From positions 88,040,001 to 88,104,000 of the forward strand of contig NC_043000.1 in the NCBI RefSeq assembly GCF_006345805.1: a DNA stretch of 64,000 nucleotides, written 5' to 3'. Below, one piece after another: positions 50,879-64,000 of the stretch. Both the position numbers and the translations under genes were made by a program. A model generated the notes under the pieces. The model was not told where the DNA came from, did no database searches, and saw nothing but the letters and a program-made list of their open reading frames with translations. Positions within the stretch are counted from its first letter, which is position 1; the number at the start of each line of letters is the position of its first letter. Source of the stretch: Octopus sinensis (Eukaryota).

Positions 50879-52715
50879 TAGTTTTATTTTTATAGCGTGC
50901 TTTCACTTACTACCGAGCGCAGCTCTGTGTGTCTTTGGTATGTGCTGTGATTTGTTGTGATGCTCTGATGGTTATTGTATGGAAAGTGTTCTGCGTAGGA
51001 TGTGTGCAGTGCCTAGTAGGGCAATTTTCTGTATGTTATATGTGTTTGTAAGTCCTGGTGTTTTTGTTATGTATTTGTCTGAATATTTTTTTATCATGCC
51101 TAATGCACCTACTATGATAGGAATTGTTTCTGTTTTTAGATTCCACATTCTGGTTACCTCTATTTCCAGGTCTTTGTATTTTGAGAGTTTCTCCATTTCT
51201 TTTAGAGACAAGTTGTCATCTGCCGGTATTGATACATCAATTAGAAAGCATTTTTTTCTTCATGATCTCTGACAACTATATCTGGTCTGTTGGCCTTAAT
51301 TTCCCTATCTGTGTGTATCGGCATATCCCAGAGTATGGTTGCTTTCTCGTTTTCTGTGACCTTTTATGGTGTGTGCCTATACCATCTTTTTCTGTTGTTA
51401 TTCCATAATGTTGGCATAGCTTCCAGTGTATGTAGGTTCCAACTCTGTCATGTCTGTGAATATATTCCTTCTTAGCTAGGACTGGGCAGCCAGAGATAAT
51501 ATGATTTATTGTTTCTTGTCCATCTCCACATATTCTGCAGTTACTTGTTATATTTCTTTTCATTACATGTTTTTGGTAATTTCTGGTGGGAAGGCTTTGG
51601 TCTTGTGCTGCAATTAAAAATCCCTCTGTCTCTGCTTTGAGTCCTGAGCTTCTCAACCATTGCTGGGATTTTTCTTTGTCTATTTCTTTTGCGTTTACTT
51701 TAGTCCAGTATTTACCATGAAGGGGCTTTTCTTGCCATCGTTTTATCATGGTTCGTTGCTGTTCTATTTTCAGTTTGGATTTCATTTGTTTTATAGCTTT
51801 TGTCTTTTCTTCATCTTCTTCTTTTTGTTCTTCATATTTATTAGGTGGTATGATTTCTTGTTTGTATTTGTCAGCTTCCTTAAATACTGAGAACAGTATT
51901 TTGTTTTGCTCGTGTTTTGCCGCTATTTGTATCAGTTTTCCTTCCTTCTGAAGTAGATATTTTTGCAGTCCTATGGTGGTTATTTTATAGTAGTTTTCCA
52001 GCTGTATAAGGCCTCTACCACCTTTATACGTTGTATATATAGTCTTTCTATGTCAGATTTTGGGTGATGCATCCTAGATCCTGTCATTATTTTTCTTGTT
52101 TTCCTATCTATTTTGGTCAGTTCATTTAGTGTCCAGTTAAGGATAGTGTAGCTGTAACTTATAACTGGGACAGCTAAAGTGTTAATACCTATTATCTTGT
52201 TTTTAGCATTGAGCTCTGTTTTTAGTATTGATCTAACTCGTCTATAATATTCTTTTTTATTTTCTCTTTCATTTGTGTGTGTTGTGTCTTATCTAATTCA
52301 TGGATTCCTAAGTATTTGTAAGTTTGGCTTTGGTCTAATTCTTTTATTTCATTGATTTCATCTAGTGTGATGTTTTCCTCTTTTCATAGTTACTTTGGCG
52401 CATTTTTCTATTCCAAATTTCATATCTATTTCTTTGGTAAATCCATGAACTGTCTTTAATAGTGTTTCCAGCTGTTTGTCATTTGCAGCGTATAGTTTTA
52501 GGTCATCCATATATAAAAGGTGGCTGATAGTTTTGCCGTAACATTTATATCCGCATCCAGTTCTATTTAGCATATCAGATAGAGGTGACAGTGCCAAGCA
52601 GAAAAGGAGTGGAGAGAGCGTGTCTCCCTGGAATATTCCTCTTCTAATGGGGATGTCTTTGGTTTTCATGAGTCCCTCTTTTGTTTGGAGCTGTAGCACT
52701 GTTTGGCATTTATTC
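50877..52715 (-). mobile_element. 5'-truncated R4/Dong-like RLE non-LTR retrotransposon inserted in (TAA)n
   Basis: RRGIFQGDTLSPLLF, HLLYMDDLKL, LKAETEGFLIAAQDQSL, CRICGDGQETINHIISGC, RHDRV..YIHW, EKLSKYKDL, IPIIVGALG. TAA runs lie on both flanks (~50839-50876 and ~52716-52733). Confidence 0.93.
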
Positions 52716-53296
52716 TATTATTATTATTATTATGCGTTTATTTACTTTGCAGAATTACGGAATCCGAACATTTATGACTAATTTTGCACTCTAAGCCTCA
52801 TTAACTGATTACGTCGAAAAGATTTAAACCAAGTGTTGATACTACAGAATAAATTAAAGAGACATCTGGAGCTAGAAGAAAAAAACTCATTGTACCACGA
52901 ACCAGATGAGGATGACTGGTGTGCAATTTCACGTATATGACAGATATCTTTGCTTTACTAAACAACTCAGTTCCAATATGTAATGCCGTGAAAACAATAT
53001 CCCCACAATCACAGAGAAACTAACTGCATTAACTTTAAAACGTTCCTACTGGTAAACAGTTTTAAAATGAATTGTATGATCTCACACAGAATATTTTGCC
53101 ACACTGCTATAAAAGATTGATTAGTCCTTACTTCACATTGTTATCTACACAAAATCGGAAAATAAAACACGGGCGTGTTGAAAAATTTGACGTATTAATA
53201 ATTATGTTCTGTGTTCTGCTAGGAGGTTTTGCCTGTGAATGAATTTCTAATTAATAAAATTTTATTGTTGGTCTAGAAGATTTTGTTTCTGAGAGA

Positions 53297-53338
<42 letters not shown>

Positions 53339-53639
53339 GAGACAGAGAAAGAGAGAAAGAGAGAGAGTGTGTGAGAGAGAGAGAGAGTCATTGGTACGAA
53401 CCTAACTCTCTTATACTTTTATCATTAGTAGAATTTAAATTTAAATTAACACAGGCCAACTAAACACTGGACTATTGAGGTACATAATCCCGGATTAGAT
53501 GGCGGATATTTGCTAGGGTTGTACCAAAAGTAATGCAAGAGATGGCATACTTTTTTTATTAACTGACATAACTCGTTCAAATTGTACATGTAGAGTAACG
53601 CCTCCTCTAAAGTAAATCTCCCTGTTGTAGGAAAATAAT

Positions 53640-54530
53640 GGGTACCAAGCTGAAGCAACGTGTTGAGTTCTTGACGTAGAAGGGGTGCAAGCTAGTGAAC
53701 ATCCACAGAAGGGTAGAAATCTTTTAAAGAGATGACACCATTGACAAGAGTAATATGTACAGATGGAGGAAGACATTTTAAGAAAGAGAAAAACCACGCA
53801 GTAGGAGATCATCTACTGCGACTATTGACATAAATCGCCAGCGAGTGAACGAGTTTATTTGAGTGCACAGATGCTCATAATCCTTGAGCTTGCTGCACAG
53901 CTTACAACTTTACAGAAGGTGGTGGATGATTTTAGCTACACGATGACTTTAGTTACCGGAAACTGTGTGCTAAGTGGATTCCACGGTAGCTGTTACCCGA
54001 TTTCAAAGACAGAAGGGTGGTAGTCTGCTTTGATTTGCTGGAAGTATTTGAAGGCAACAAAGATGAAAAGTGAAGGCTCACTTCATGAAATGATGTCATG
54101 CTTTTCTTCCAAGGCATAAAGTTTACGAGCCAGTAAAAGTCATGGTGACTGTTTTGGAAGAGAAGAAGGGCGTAATTCTCCTTGATTCTCTGGAACCTAG
54201 TGGTACTATAAACAGCGTTTGCTACATTGGGACATTCAAAAAGCTTAGAAAAGCCATTACGAAGATATGACCGAACAACAAACTGAAAACGATGCACATT
54301 CGCAATGACATTGTATGACCACACAATCGGTATATTGGGTTGGCCGGTGGTTCCTTATTCGCCATATAGTTCGGATTTGGTGCCCTCCGACTTCTACCTG
54401 TTTGGTCCAAAGAAAGTCGGTTTACATGGACAACAATTTGATAACATAGACAAGGTGAAAGTGGACGAGAAGAATTTGGTAGAATAGCGCACATCAGAAG
54501 TTTTTTCAAAAAGGATTTGAAAGTTCTGTT
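53640..54530 (+). mobile_element. Degenerate mariner-family transposase
   Basis: CAKWIPR.L (WVPHEL-like), DEKW, KVMVTV...KGVILLD, YSSDLVPSDFYLFGP (YSPDLAPSD-like). TIRs not resolved. Confidence 0.85.
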
Positions 54531-57500
54531 CAATGATGGTGCTAATGTTTCGCTAGCTATGGATATTATGTTGAGTATTAACTTTGTATTGAGCAAGTGC
54601 TACTCTAATAACGAACGCATTTTGAACAAACTGTGTCAGTTATTATAAAAGTTACTCCCACTTTTACTTTTAACCCAACCCTCTATTACCAAAGGCTATA
54701 AATTTCTTATTAACGGATATTGTTTCATATCTATACTATACAATACATCAAAAACGTCAGCATCAATTCCACTTGATGGTAACTCATAAAGAATGACAAC
54801 AAGAATTTAGCTAAAATATAATTAATAAAGAACGAGCAATCATAGGCTGATAGAGAGCTTAGATTAATATCAACCCCACCCCACGTAAACTAAATGCAAA
54901 TTCTTTTCGAAATTTGCAAAGGAGCAAAGGATATAATATTTGAACAAGAGGGTGAGTAGATATAAGAATTACCTTTTAGCCTCCAAGGGAATGAAATAAT
55001 AGCGTGGACATCTAGTTGGGTTGTAATCATATTATAAATAATGTTCCTCGTCCGTGTTTATTAGAATCAATGTATTTGCCAGAGTTCTAAAGATCAAAGA
55101 TTACGATAATAATAACTCAGTAAACTTTAGCCATCTGAGATGAAGGCATGTAATTATAATCATCACAAAAACGATTTGTATATCTATTGGAAGGAAATAT
55201 TCTATATTCTGTTGTGAAAAACTCAGCGTAATTGTTCAATAAGTAGCTAACGTTCGATGCCGAGTGAGAAAAACAACAATGATCTTGCAATTCTCTAGCT
55301 CTGCTTTCATATCAATATTCGAACATTGTTACGGTATTTTCACGGAATATCTTAATGGAAATTTGTTGGAATCGATTTAATAGTATGGAGGAAAACTGTG
55401 CACTGGAAATGCATATTTCTCTGATTTCTGAAGTCGAATTGACAATAAATTGCACTTTAATGCTGAGAGTGAACAAAAGCCCTCCAACAGGCATTAAAAT
55501 GTATGGGAGTAGCTATGCGCACAAAAGCCATATTTCATATACTGCTGAAGTGATACTATTAAGAAGTATCAATATTCGAGTACTTGACTGTATGTGGATG
55601 AGTAGGAATAAAGAAGAAAAGTAATTTAAAGGTGTTGACTTCCTCTATATCTAAACTGAATTGTTGTCTTTCCAATTTAACTGATCCACCTGAACAGGAA
55701 ATTGTAGTAGGAAAATCTATTATCATATATCTACAGGAGTTAAGACACATTAAGAGGGGTTAAAAACTGCGAACGGCATACTAAGGCTGACGCCTCATTC
55801 CAACTGACCCCGCCGGCTTAAGTAAATATATGATGTTTCATACAATGTCTGTTTGCTTTCTCTATCTATCTGTGGCTAGGGAACACTGACATTCAATATA
55901 GGGAAAAACAGATAAAAATGTTTTAGTTTTACCAATGGCTTCAAATGAATCGATGCTTTATATTTTAAAAAATAGATATGATTATTTCATTGGGTGAAAA
56001 AAAAGCTTCCCAGATGCAATAGAAGCTAACACCATTTCATTTGCTGATGCGATTCGTTTCCATGAATAATCGATCTTCAGGAAGGTATGACAAAATTACT
56101 TGTTCAGGTACACTGGCTGATACCCCGTTTACCCCCCCAGATCCACAATCATCCCCATTCAGTCTAACTAAAAGTATTTTAACTTCATAGCTTGTATCGT
56201 GTGGAACATTACCGAGGAATTTAAGTAATTCCTCCACTTCAGCAGATTACTTTTAAAAATTTAGAGACGCAAGCTGTTGCTGTAGCTTTTATGATTATGG
56301 TTTAATGTTTTTTTTTATTCACCTTGGCTTGAATGATACAAAAATATTAATCCGGCCTGATTCCAAAAATATAAAAGATACATTAACAAAAATCAAAACG
56401 TCTTTCTATTTGATAAACATAGAATCCCCATCAGCGGCCACTAGGCTTGCTAGAAACAACAACCAAATTTCTTTTGGTATTAAATACATGATCCTGCAAA
56501 AAGACGGGATGGTCATAACTGGAATACTTATGATTATAGGTCTCGTCAATCAGAGTCGACCTGCAGCTGAAAAACCCCCCACAGAATTACAAAAGAAAGC
56601 TATATAATATTCATTCAGTATCAGACAATACTTTATCTTCTATAGGAAAACAGTTGAGATATTGCGTTGGCAAAAAGCTGTCGGCAGCTCTGTATCAGTG
56701 AAAAGTTATTATTTAAATCATCAGTAGCAGAATAAATATGACAGCTAATCATTATCTTCACAAAACATTTCTGAAAAATCGATCTGGTGACAACACTCAA
56801 AACACAAAGAGCCTAAAATAAATCTGCTCCTTCGGAAAGAAATAATATTGACAGAACATTTTAACATAATCTTCTGAATACAAACACAACCAGCCTGACG
56901 CTGTTCTTTAGGTTGGGATAGAAAATATATTGTGAAGTCATCTATTCTGCATATTTCAATATGTTGTATAGTATACAATATACAATGCCCTGTTTATGAT
57001 TTTTTCCATGCATACTTTTAGCTGTAGGAGTATTCGTCTAAAAAATGCAGATGATCATAGATTAATCAAGAAGGACTATCGAAAGAGGACTCAACAACAG
57101 GCATAAATTATATAGATAAAGATAATCAAAAGAATAGTGAAACTTTCTGGAATATTATTTAGAGAAACATGCAATCTGATGCACTCATATATATATATAA
57201 ACTCACAACAAATACAAACACTTGACTGTGAAATCAAAAAATATTACCTATTTACAACATGAGTTTTTCGGTGGCAAAGGAAAACCTAAATAGACATTCA
57301 TTTTTCTCACTGAGCATGGTGTTTCTATATTTGATTTGAGGTAGTATTTTATCCTGAAGTAGTAAAACTGTTTTTAGAACCAACGATCTCAGTAAATTAT
57401 GCCAGACTGAGTAGATCGATGTGAATTGATGAGACTGCACGTCTTCAGTTTCAAACGCGTGGGAAACATGTTGTCAATAAGGAGCATCAGAAATTTGCAG

Positions 57501-57924
57501 ATTTGGGTTGAAATTACGGTCAAATGACTCTGTAATCACTCGCAGGTTTAAGTTTGTATATCAAGTCCTGGATTTAAGAATCGAAATTGTTGGGAAAGAA
57601 ACAGTTGAAATTATCTGGAGAGGGGCTGCAGGAATATCGAATAGAAGGGAAATGAAGAGGGTGTACAAAAATAGTTTCAAGAAGCATAAGCCATTGTGGT
57701 AGTACTACAAGAAGGGAGAATAAACAGTATATGTGTTTCTTCTCACTTCTTGTAGCTCTACTGATTGTATAGTATCAATGAATATTTCCCACTGAGCTGG
57801 GCGGATAGTTTTTTTTCCGTTTATAGCAATCTAGAATATATGCATTTGTGGTAGCAGTACCGTCTGAAATATCTGAGCGTTATTCAAAAGTGGGCTTTAT
57901 TTTATAAAATTTACATGTCCATTG

Positions 57925-58140
57925 AGCTGGAACTTATCGCGGTTCCCCTGGCGCTCAAGTGACAGAGAGTGCAAATGTTTTTCCGGGACGGGATACCAGT
58001 CTAACACAGAGTTTCATATTCAGCTGAGTGATTTGGAAAAAAACTAAAAGGAAGTTCTTTACTCATGGATACATGCCGTCCGATCCAAGAATCGAACATA
58101 CGACTTAATGACTATGAGCTGAACCCCTAGACCATTAGAT
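57925..58140 (-). mobile_element. Degenerate tRNA-derived SINE
   Basis: Minus head CTAATGGTCTAGG...GTTCGATTC. Central ACTGGTATCCCGTCC block resembles family C. Confidence 0.5.
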
Positions 58141-58179
58141 TATACATCTGGAAACTGATCAGAGTTGAAAAAGTTTGGT

Positions 58180-58900
58180 TCAGATGAGGAATGCTAGATT
58201 GTTGGGTGATGTTTTAACAATAGTATATATTTGAGGTAAACACGAAAGATTGCTTGATCTAGCAAAGCCTATCATTTAAAGCCACTTCAGGGATGCTGGT
58301 TGTGTGAAGTTCATTGCAGAGAGAACGTGGTGCAAGGTTTAGTTCCTACTATATGTAGCATTTAAATTTTTATAATGATGAAGAAAACTTGTCTGCTTCG
58401 CATCCGCAAGAAAATATATGGAAATAGTGCAAATTTAACGTGAGGCGTCTGAGTGTGTAGAGGGAAGGATGAATGAAGATTGGCAACGTCTAAGTATGTG
58501 TGCGATTATAAGTTAGAGCATGCAGTTCTTTAATGTACAAAAGGAAGGCCTGGATTTGAGATTGCTAATATGGAAGTTGGCTGTCATCTTCAGAATATGA
58601 CCTGTTGTGCGTTCCCATTGAGATACATTATAGAAATTATAGGATAATAGCTAGCTCTGAAGTCCTCTTTTTGAGGGGTAAACAAGGTCAGCATTAGGAT
58701 TAGTTGGCTTGTTCGGTTGGAGTAAGAAAAAAGTCTTTTCACTACATGATTATGTGTAGGGATGTGGTGGAGAATAAAATGCTTGGGCGTTACGCCGTGC
58801 ACTTATTACATTAGCTAATGAGTAAGATGAAGAGAAATTACCATGACAATATTTGTAGGGAGTGTTGCAGTTACTGGGAGATTGATCATGGTTGTAAAAG
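58180..58900 (-). mobile_element. Possible highly degenerate Penelope-like RT C-terminal/endonuclease remnant
   Basis: Only weak motif remnants. Confidence 0.3.
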
Positions 58901-59568
58901 GGATGGCCTGAAGTAATTTTGAAGTGAGAAAGAATTTAGGTTATATGTTTTTCTATAGGAGCCGGTCACGAGATTTCCATGGCATACAAGTGGCCAAGAT
59001 CGCAATGCTCCGTCTGATCGGAAGGCCAGTCAGTCGTAAGATTATACATATATAGCTGAGTGGAGTGAAGCAGTTTGAAATGAAATCTTGCGATCGCGAG
59101 TGCGACACCAAAGACTAGACAACGTGCCATCGCTTCAGTCTCATTAATAATACTTTTTTTAAAATAAGCTTACATTTATTTCAGATACGTTATGACATAG
59201 AGTCATAAATTCCTCGATGACCCTGTGGATGCACAGACAAAAGTCCCGAGCGGTAAGAAACTAATAATTTCACACACACACACACACACGCATATCAGAA
59301 ATATAGAATTGTATTGTCCAATCTGTACAGAACCGACATAAGACATGACTGGAGGCTTATAAGCCTTAAAAAGTTCACCCTGACACCTCCTACGAGTATA
59401 GCTTAGTGGATAAAGGCACTAGTTAATGCAGAATAATCACATAGAAGTTCTAACCTGAATCTCAGGAAAGGCAATTAGGGGAATCACAAATCACTTGAGG
59501 AAAAGAAAAGAGAACAAAGCCGAAACAGCGAAAGCAACAATCAAGACGACAGCAGGCGGACTAATATA

Positions 59569-60358
59569 CAGGGTGCGATGGGTAAATTGTCACAATTTTA
59601 TAATTTTTAATTTCCCGTGTGCGCATTTTTGTTTCTGATTTTGTCGACTACACAGTATAGTAAAGTCAGTTTGGCACCGCCTGTGAGAAAAACAGCACCC
59701 CGAGGCAATTCACTCTGCCAGAAATTTGGAAACGACTTGCTGTATTACTTGGCATTCCCGTCGGAAGCTCCAATATGAACATTTCAGAGTGTTTGGGTGT
59801 CAATCTGACGACAGTCCAATTTGAGGATATATACCGAGAGTGACGAAAATCAAATATCCGGTCAACATCACGGTGTTTGGAATGATCATTTGTAATGGCG
59901 ATATTATGCCTCCATTCATCATGGGTCAAACGGGTGGCTGCTGGAAGACCTTGTGTCTGGCAACAGGACTCTGCACCATCCCACACCAGCAGGAGAATCC
60001 AGTCATGACTGTCAGACAATTTCTGCAGCCATATCACTCCAACACCTCAGACTGCAACCCTCTTGATTATTATGTGCGTGGCGCAGTTGTACGAGAGACC
60101 AACAAAACTCTTTGTAACACCAAAGATGAACTGATGGCAGCATTCACCACCTCAAACAAGGAGACTATCCAAAAGTGTGGCAGGAGTAGAAGTCGTCTGG
60201 AGGCCGTGGTAGAATCCAATGGCGACTTTATTAAATAAATTTACCCTCTAGAGTTTCAAGATATTTCTATGTAATTTTGTTAAATAATCTGTTAAAATGA
60301 GATGTCAGTGTTATTTTCATTTTTGCGTAATTTAGACGACAGTTTATTTGCCGCACCC

Positions 60359-60360
<2 letters not shown>
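59569..60360 (+). mobile_element. Internally deleted Tc1/mariner-superfamily (maT/DD37D-like) element with CAGGGTG TIRs
   Basis: TA|CAGGGTGCG..TAAATTGTC ... GACAGTTTATTTGCCGCACCCTA|TA. Remnants ISECLGVNLTTV, KYPVNITVFG...DIMPPF, SDCNPLDYYV.GAV. Confidence 0.85.
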
Positions 60361-60390
<30 letters not shown>

Positions 60391-60702
60391 TTTATATATA
60401 TATAGATAGATGCGCGCGTATGTGTACGTGCATGTATGTGTGTGTGTGTGCGTGCATGTATGTGAGTGTGTGTGTATGTGTGTGAGTGTGTGTGTATGCG
60501 TGCGCGCATCTACATACGCATACACACACATATATATCTTTTGTTTTACCTTTTACCTGTTTCAGTCATTAGACTGCGGCCATGCTGGAGCGCCGCCTTT
60601 AAAATACATTGCAAGCTCAAATTATAAGTATGTATGTGTTTTCCTTATTTTCAGTTTTTTTTCCTATTATTTATTCTCGATTACTTTCATATCTACATTG
60701 TA

Positions 60703-61265
60703 AGATTTTTCCTTGAAATCTTCTTATCTCTTATTTCTTATCTACTGCACTTTTAATTCTTTATAATGTTTCCACATCACGAAACTGTTCTTTAAGTATT
60801 ATGTTTTATAGAATAAAAATGTTCGTCGCTCCTTTCTTCTGTCTTTCTCTTTAACCACTGTTGTCAATAGAAGATTCTCTTTTTTGTTGAAACAATGACG
60901 CGGTTTTTTAATCCGCGATTAAACAACATTTTCGAAGCACCGTAGATAGGTAACCCTAGGTAGATTTAAAACCGGTGCGTTATCTAAAAACAGTCAATGA
61001 ATATTTCCAACTGTGGAAGGCTAATACGCCTGAAACGTGCGTCTGAGAATCTGCTAATAGAAGCACTGAATACATATGGTGTTTTCATATCTTTTACCAA
61101 AAGAAAGTATTTAATTCTCCACGGTAGCTGCAGTGATATTACTTTTAGAAGTTAAAATATGTCACAAGTAGATTTAACTCCACCTAAAGCTTATATATAT
61201 ATATATATAGTGCTCCAGTATGACCGCAGTAAAATGACTGAAACAAGTAAAAGAATAAAAGAATA
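60703..61265 (+). repeat. Direct repeat copy 1 (PLE pseudo-LTR-like unit with hammerhead motif and SINE tail)
   Basis: Colinear with 63272-63845 (roughly 85-90% identical). Confidence 0.9.
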
Positions 61266-62049
61266 TATTGTGTTGTACCTAGGGCAAGTATCTTCAAGTA
61301 CAGTCTCGAGCCAATCAAGAGTGGATTTGGTAGATGGAAACAGAGAGAAGCCCGTCATTGCTTAACAACTGGTGTTATTGTGCTTACGTCTCCATAAATT
61401 AGTAGTTCGACAAAGAAACTGATAGAATAAGTACCAAGATTAAAGATATAAGTCGTGGGGTCAATCTGTTTGACTGCAATTCTCAAAGGTGGTATTCAAA
61501 GAGGGCCGCAGAAGATAGAAAATATACATCCATACATACATAATATATATATATATCTTTTTTCTCAGGAACTATTAGACCTGACACTGTGCATTAGCCG
61601 GTGTTTTTCAAACGATGAATAGCTTTGCGTAAACCATGGTCCGTTTTGTTCTCTTACTTTATTATCATCTTATAATCATCTCATAATAATGACTTTTATG
61701 ACTCGTATTACTACCCCAGTCAATCTAGATGTGTATATGTTTGTCGTTACCTGTCATAAATAGCCTTTTTTTATTTGCAATGTGCATTTTCGTTGATTTT
61801 TCATATTTTACCCCTATATATATATATATATATATATATTAGGTAGTGCTGAAACATTCCTGGTTTTAGATAAAAGAAAATACAGTAGCATCAGTTAACT
61901 GTAATTTTATTCAGCATATTTACGTCTCAGATTTACATACTTAATGCAGCAGTCCTTCAGTTTTTCTGAGCCCTGTAAATAAACTCGGAAGTTCAGGCCT
62001 CCAATCAGGTCTTTCGTGATAACCTTTCAACACCCCATCATGTGCATGT

Positions 62050-62212
62050 ATATATATATATATGTATGTTAAGAAGCTTGCTTCTCCACCACATGCTTCT
62101 GGGTTAAGTTTCACTGTATGGCACCTTGGGCACGTGTCTTCTGCTATAGCCTCGGGCCGATCAAAGCCTTGTGAGTGGATTTGATAGACGGAATCTGAAA
62201 GATGCCCGTCGT
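62050..62212 (+). mobile_element. SINE family A 5' half
   Basis: GGCACCTTGGGCACGTGTCTTCTGCTATAGCCTCGGGCCGATCAAAGCC. Confidence 0.85.
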
Positions 62213-62222
62213 ATATATATAC

Positions 62223-62280
<58 letters not shown>

Positions 62281-62539
62281 CGACGGTATGAGAGGTATTG
62301 GTATCTTGAAAACCCAGAGTGTCGGGTAGCGCTAAGTAAGTGGTATGGATAGACCGTAAACTCTTGGTTCGATAAAGATACCAATGAGGAGTCTAATGTG
62401 GGTCTTGTATTAGCATGCATATTTATATATATATATATATTAGACAAAATGAGATAACAAAGCCGAGGCTGTGAAGTGTTTTCAGGACATTTATAATGAA
62501 ATAGTCTAACAACTGTTTCTGGGATATTATGGATATCCA

Positions 62540-63240
62540 TTAATCAAAGACGGTGTCAAAATATATTTGAGTTCGAATTATTGTGGAAAAGGAGGAGATA
62601 GGGAAATAGGAGAATGAAAGTAGAGATAAGATATATAAAGATATTGTAGGTGTAGTTCCATTATTCTAGGAAAATGGTGTATAGATGTGGTAAAAATGTG
62701 GTAAAAAAGTTTCCCGTATATGGTATTTAAGTTCCAAAAGCAGTTCATGTTTAGGCATTTCAAAGTATGGAACCATGGAATCAATGTTGTTCGTTCGAAA
62801 GCTTTTGTGGTGTGAAGGAAAATTTAATACTGTATTGGTAGTATTTGTGGGTAGATGTGGGGATGAGAGATGTGTATGGTTAGAAAGAGGAGATAGGACA
62901 AATTTAAGATAGGAAAAGAAAATGAGAGAAAAAATAATAAAGAGAAACTGGAGAGAGAGAAAAAACAAAGACTGAAAGTGAAGAAAGAAGGGTGAAAGAA
63001 GTGAGAAGGGGTGTTAGTTGGTGGTCAAGATAATGTGATGGGAGAGATGTGGGGCGGGATAGGAAAAGATGAGAAGGTAAGGCGTAAAAGAATGTGAGAT
63101 ATGTGAGTAGAGGTGATATGACAGCTGTATTAAGGGATGAGTGGGGAAAAGGTAGAGAAAAGATATGTGTGGGGTGATACCGAAGTGTGTCGTAGTTTTG
63201 GTAGCAAAATTTGAAGTGGAGAGAAAGATGCAAGGGAGAA
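62540..63240 (-). mobile_element. Possible degenerate N-terminal region of a Penelope-like ORF
   Basis: Pro/Ser/His/Leu-rich frames including TNTTNTVLNFPSH (cf. PLE N..V.NLS motif). Located between the two direct repeats. Confidence 0.35.
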
Positions 63241-63271
63241 TTATTTATTCTCCATTACTTTTATATCTACG

Positions 63272-63758
63272 TTGATTTTTTCCTTGAAATCTTCTTATCT
63301 CTTATTTCTTAACTACTGCACTTTTAATTCTTTATACTGTTTTCACTTCACGAAACTGTTCGTTAAGTATTATGTTTTATAGAATAAAAATGTTCGTCGC
63401 TCATTTCTTCTGTCTTTCTCTTTAACTACTGTTGTCAACAGAGGATTCTTTGAGGTTGAAACAATGACGCGGTTTTTTAATCCATGATTGCATAATATTT
63501 TCGAAGCACTTTAGATAAGTAATCCTTGGTAGAGTTAGAACCGGTGCGTTATCTAAAAACAGTCAATGAGTATATACCACTGAGGAAGGCTAATACGCCT
63601 GAAACGTGTATCTGCGAATCTGTAAAGGGAAGCACTGTGTACATATGGTGCTTTTATATCTTTTACCAAACGAAAGTATTTAATTCTCCACGGTAGCTGC
63701 AGTGATATTACCCGTAGAAGTTAAAATATATCACAAACAGTTTAAAATTAACCTAAAG

Positions 63759-63801
<43 letters not shown>

Positions 63802-63845
63802 TGCTCCACTATGACCGCAGTCAAATGACTGAAACAAGTAAAACA
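63272..63845 (+). repeat. Direct repeat copy 2
   Basis: Colinear with 60703-61265. Confidence 0.9.
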
Positions 63846-64000
63846 ATAAAATATATATATATCTGTGTATGTGTGTGTGTGAATGTGTGTGTGAATGTCT
63901 ATGTGTATATGTCTATATATGTGTCTGCTTCTCTGTAGGTATACGTATTTCTATCTATTTTTATGAATGTGTGTATATATACACGTATGTATACACGTAT

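Overview
AT-rich eukaryotic (animal) genomic DNA dominated by microsatellites and transposon relics. The SINE families and (TA)/(TATC)/(ATT) arrays look like an octopod cephalopod; that taxon call is inference from recall, not a database result. Recognisable elements: (1) a degenerate CsRn1-type Ty3/Gypsy LTR element at the left end, with 5' LTR, tRNA-Trp PBS, gag, PR, RT, RH and IN; (2) two CR1-like LINEs; (3) R4/Dong-like RLE retrotransposons in (TAA)n arrays; (4) an RTE 3' fragment with a TSD; (5) a HERO-like fragment; (6) Penelope-like (PLE) remnants; (7) three zinc-knuckle ORF1-like fragments; (8) three Tc1/mariner relics, a hAT relic and two Helitron derivatives; (9) many tRNA-derived SINEs of at least three families. 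No complete host gene can be assembled. One good minus-strand candidate exon (26993-27177) encodes a single transmembrane helix with a basic cytoplasmic tail. The most interesting signals not shown by the ORF track are several minimal hammerhead-ribozyme motifs in PLE-type repeats, a covarying 3' stem-loop shared by the main SINE and the CR1-like LINE, and three long fold-back palindromes. Identities quoted are by-eye estimates.
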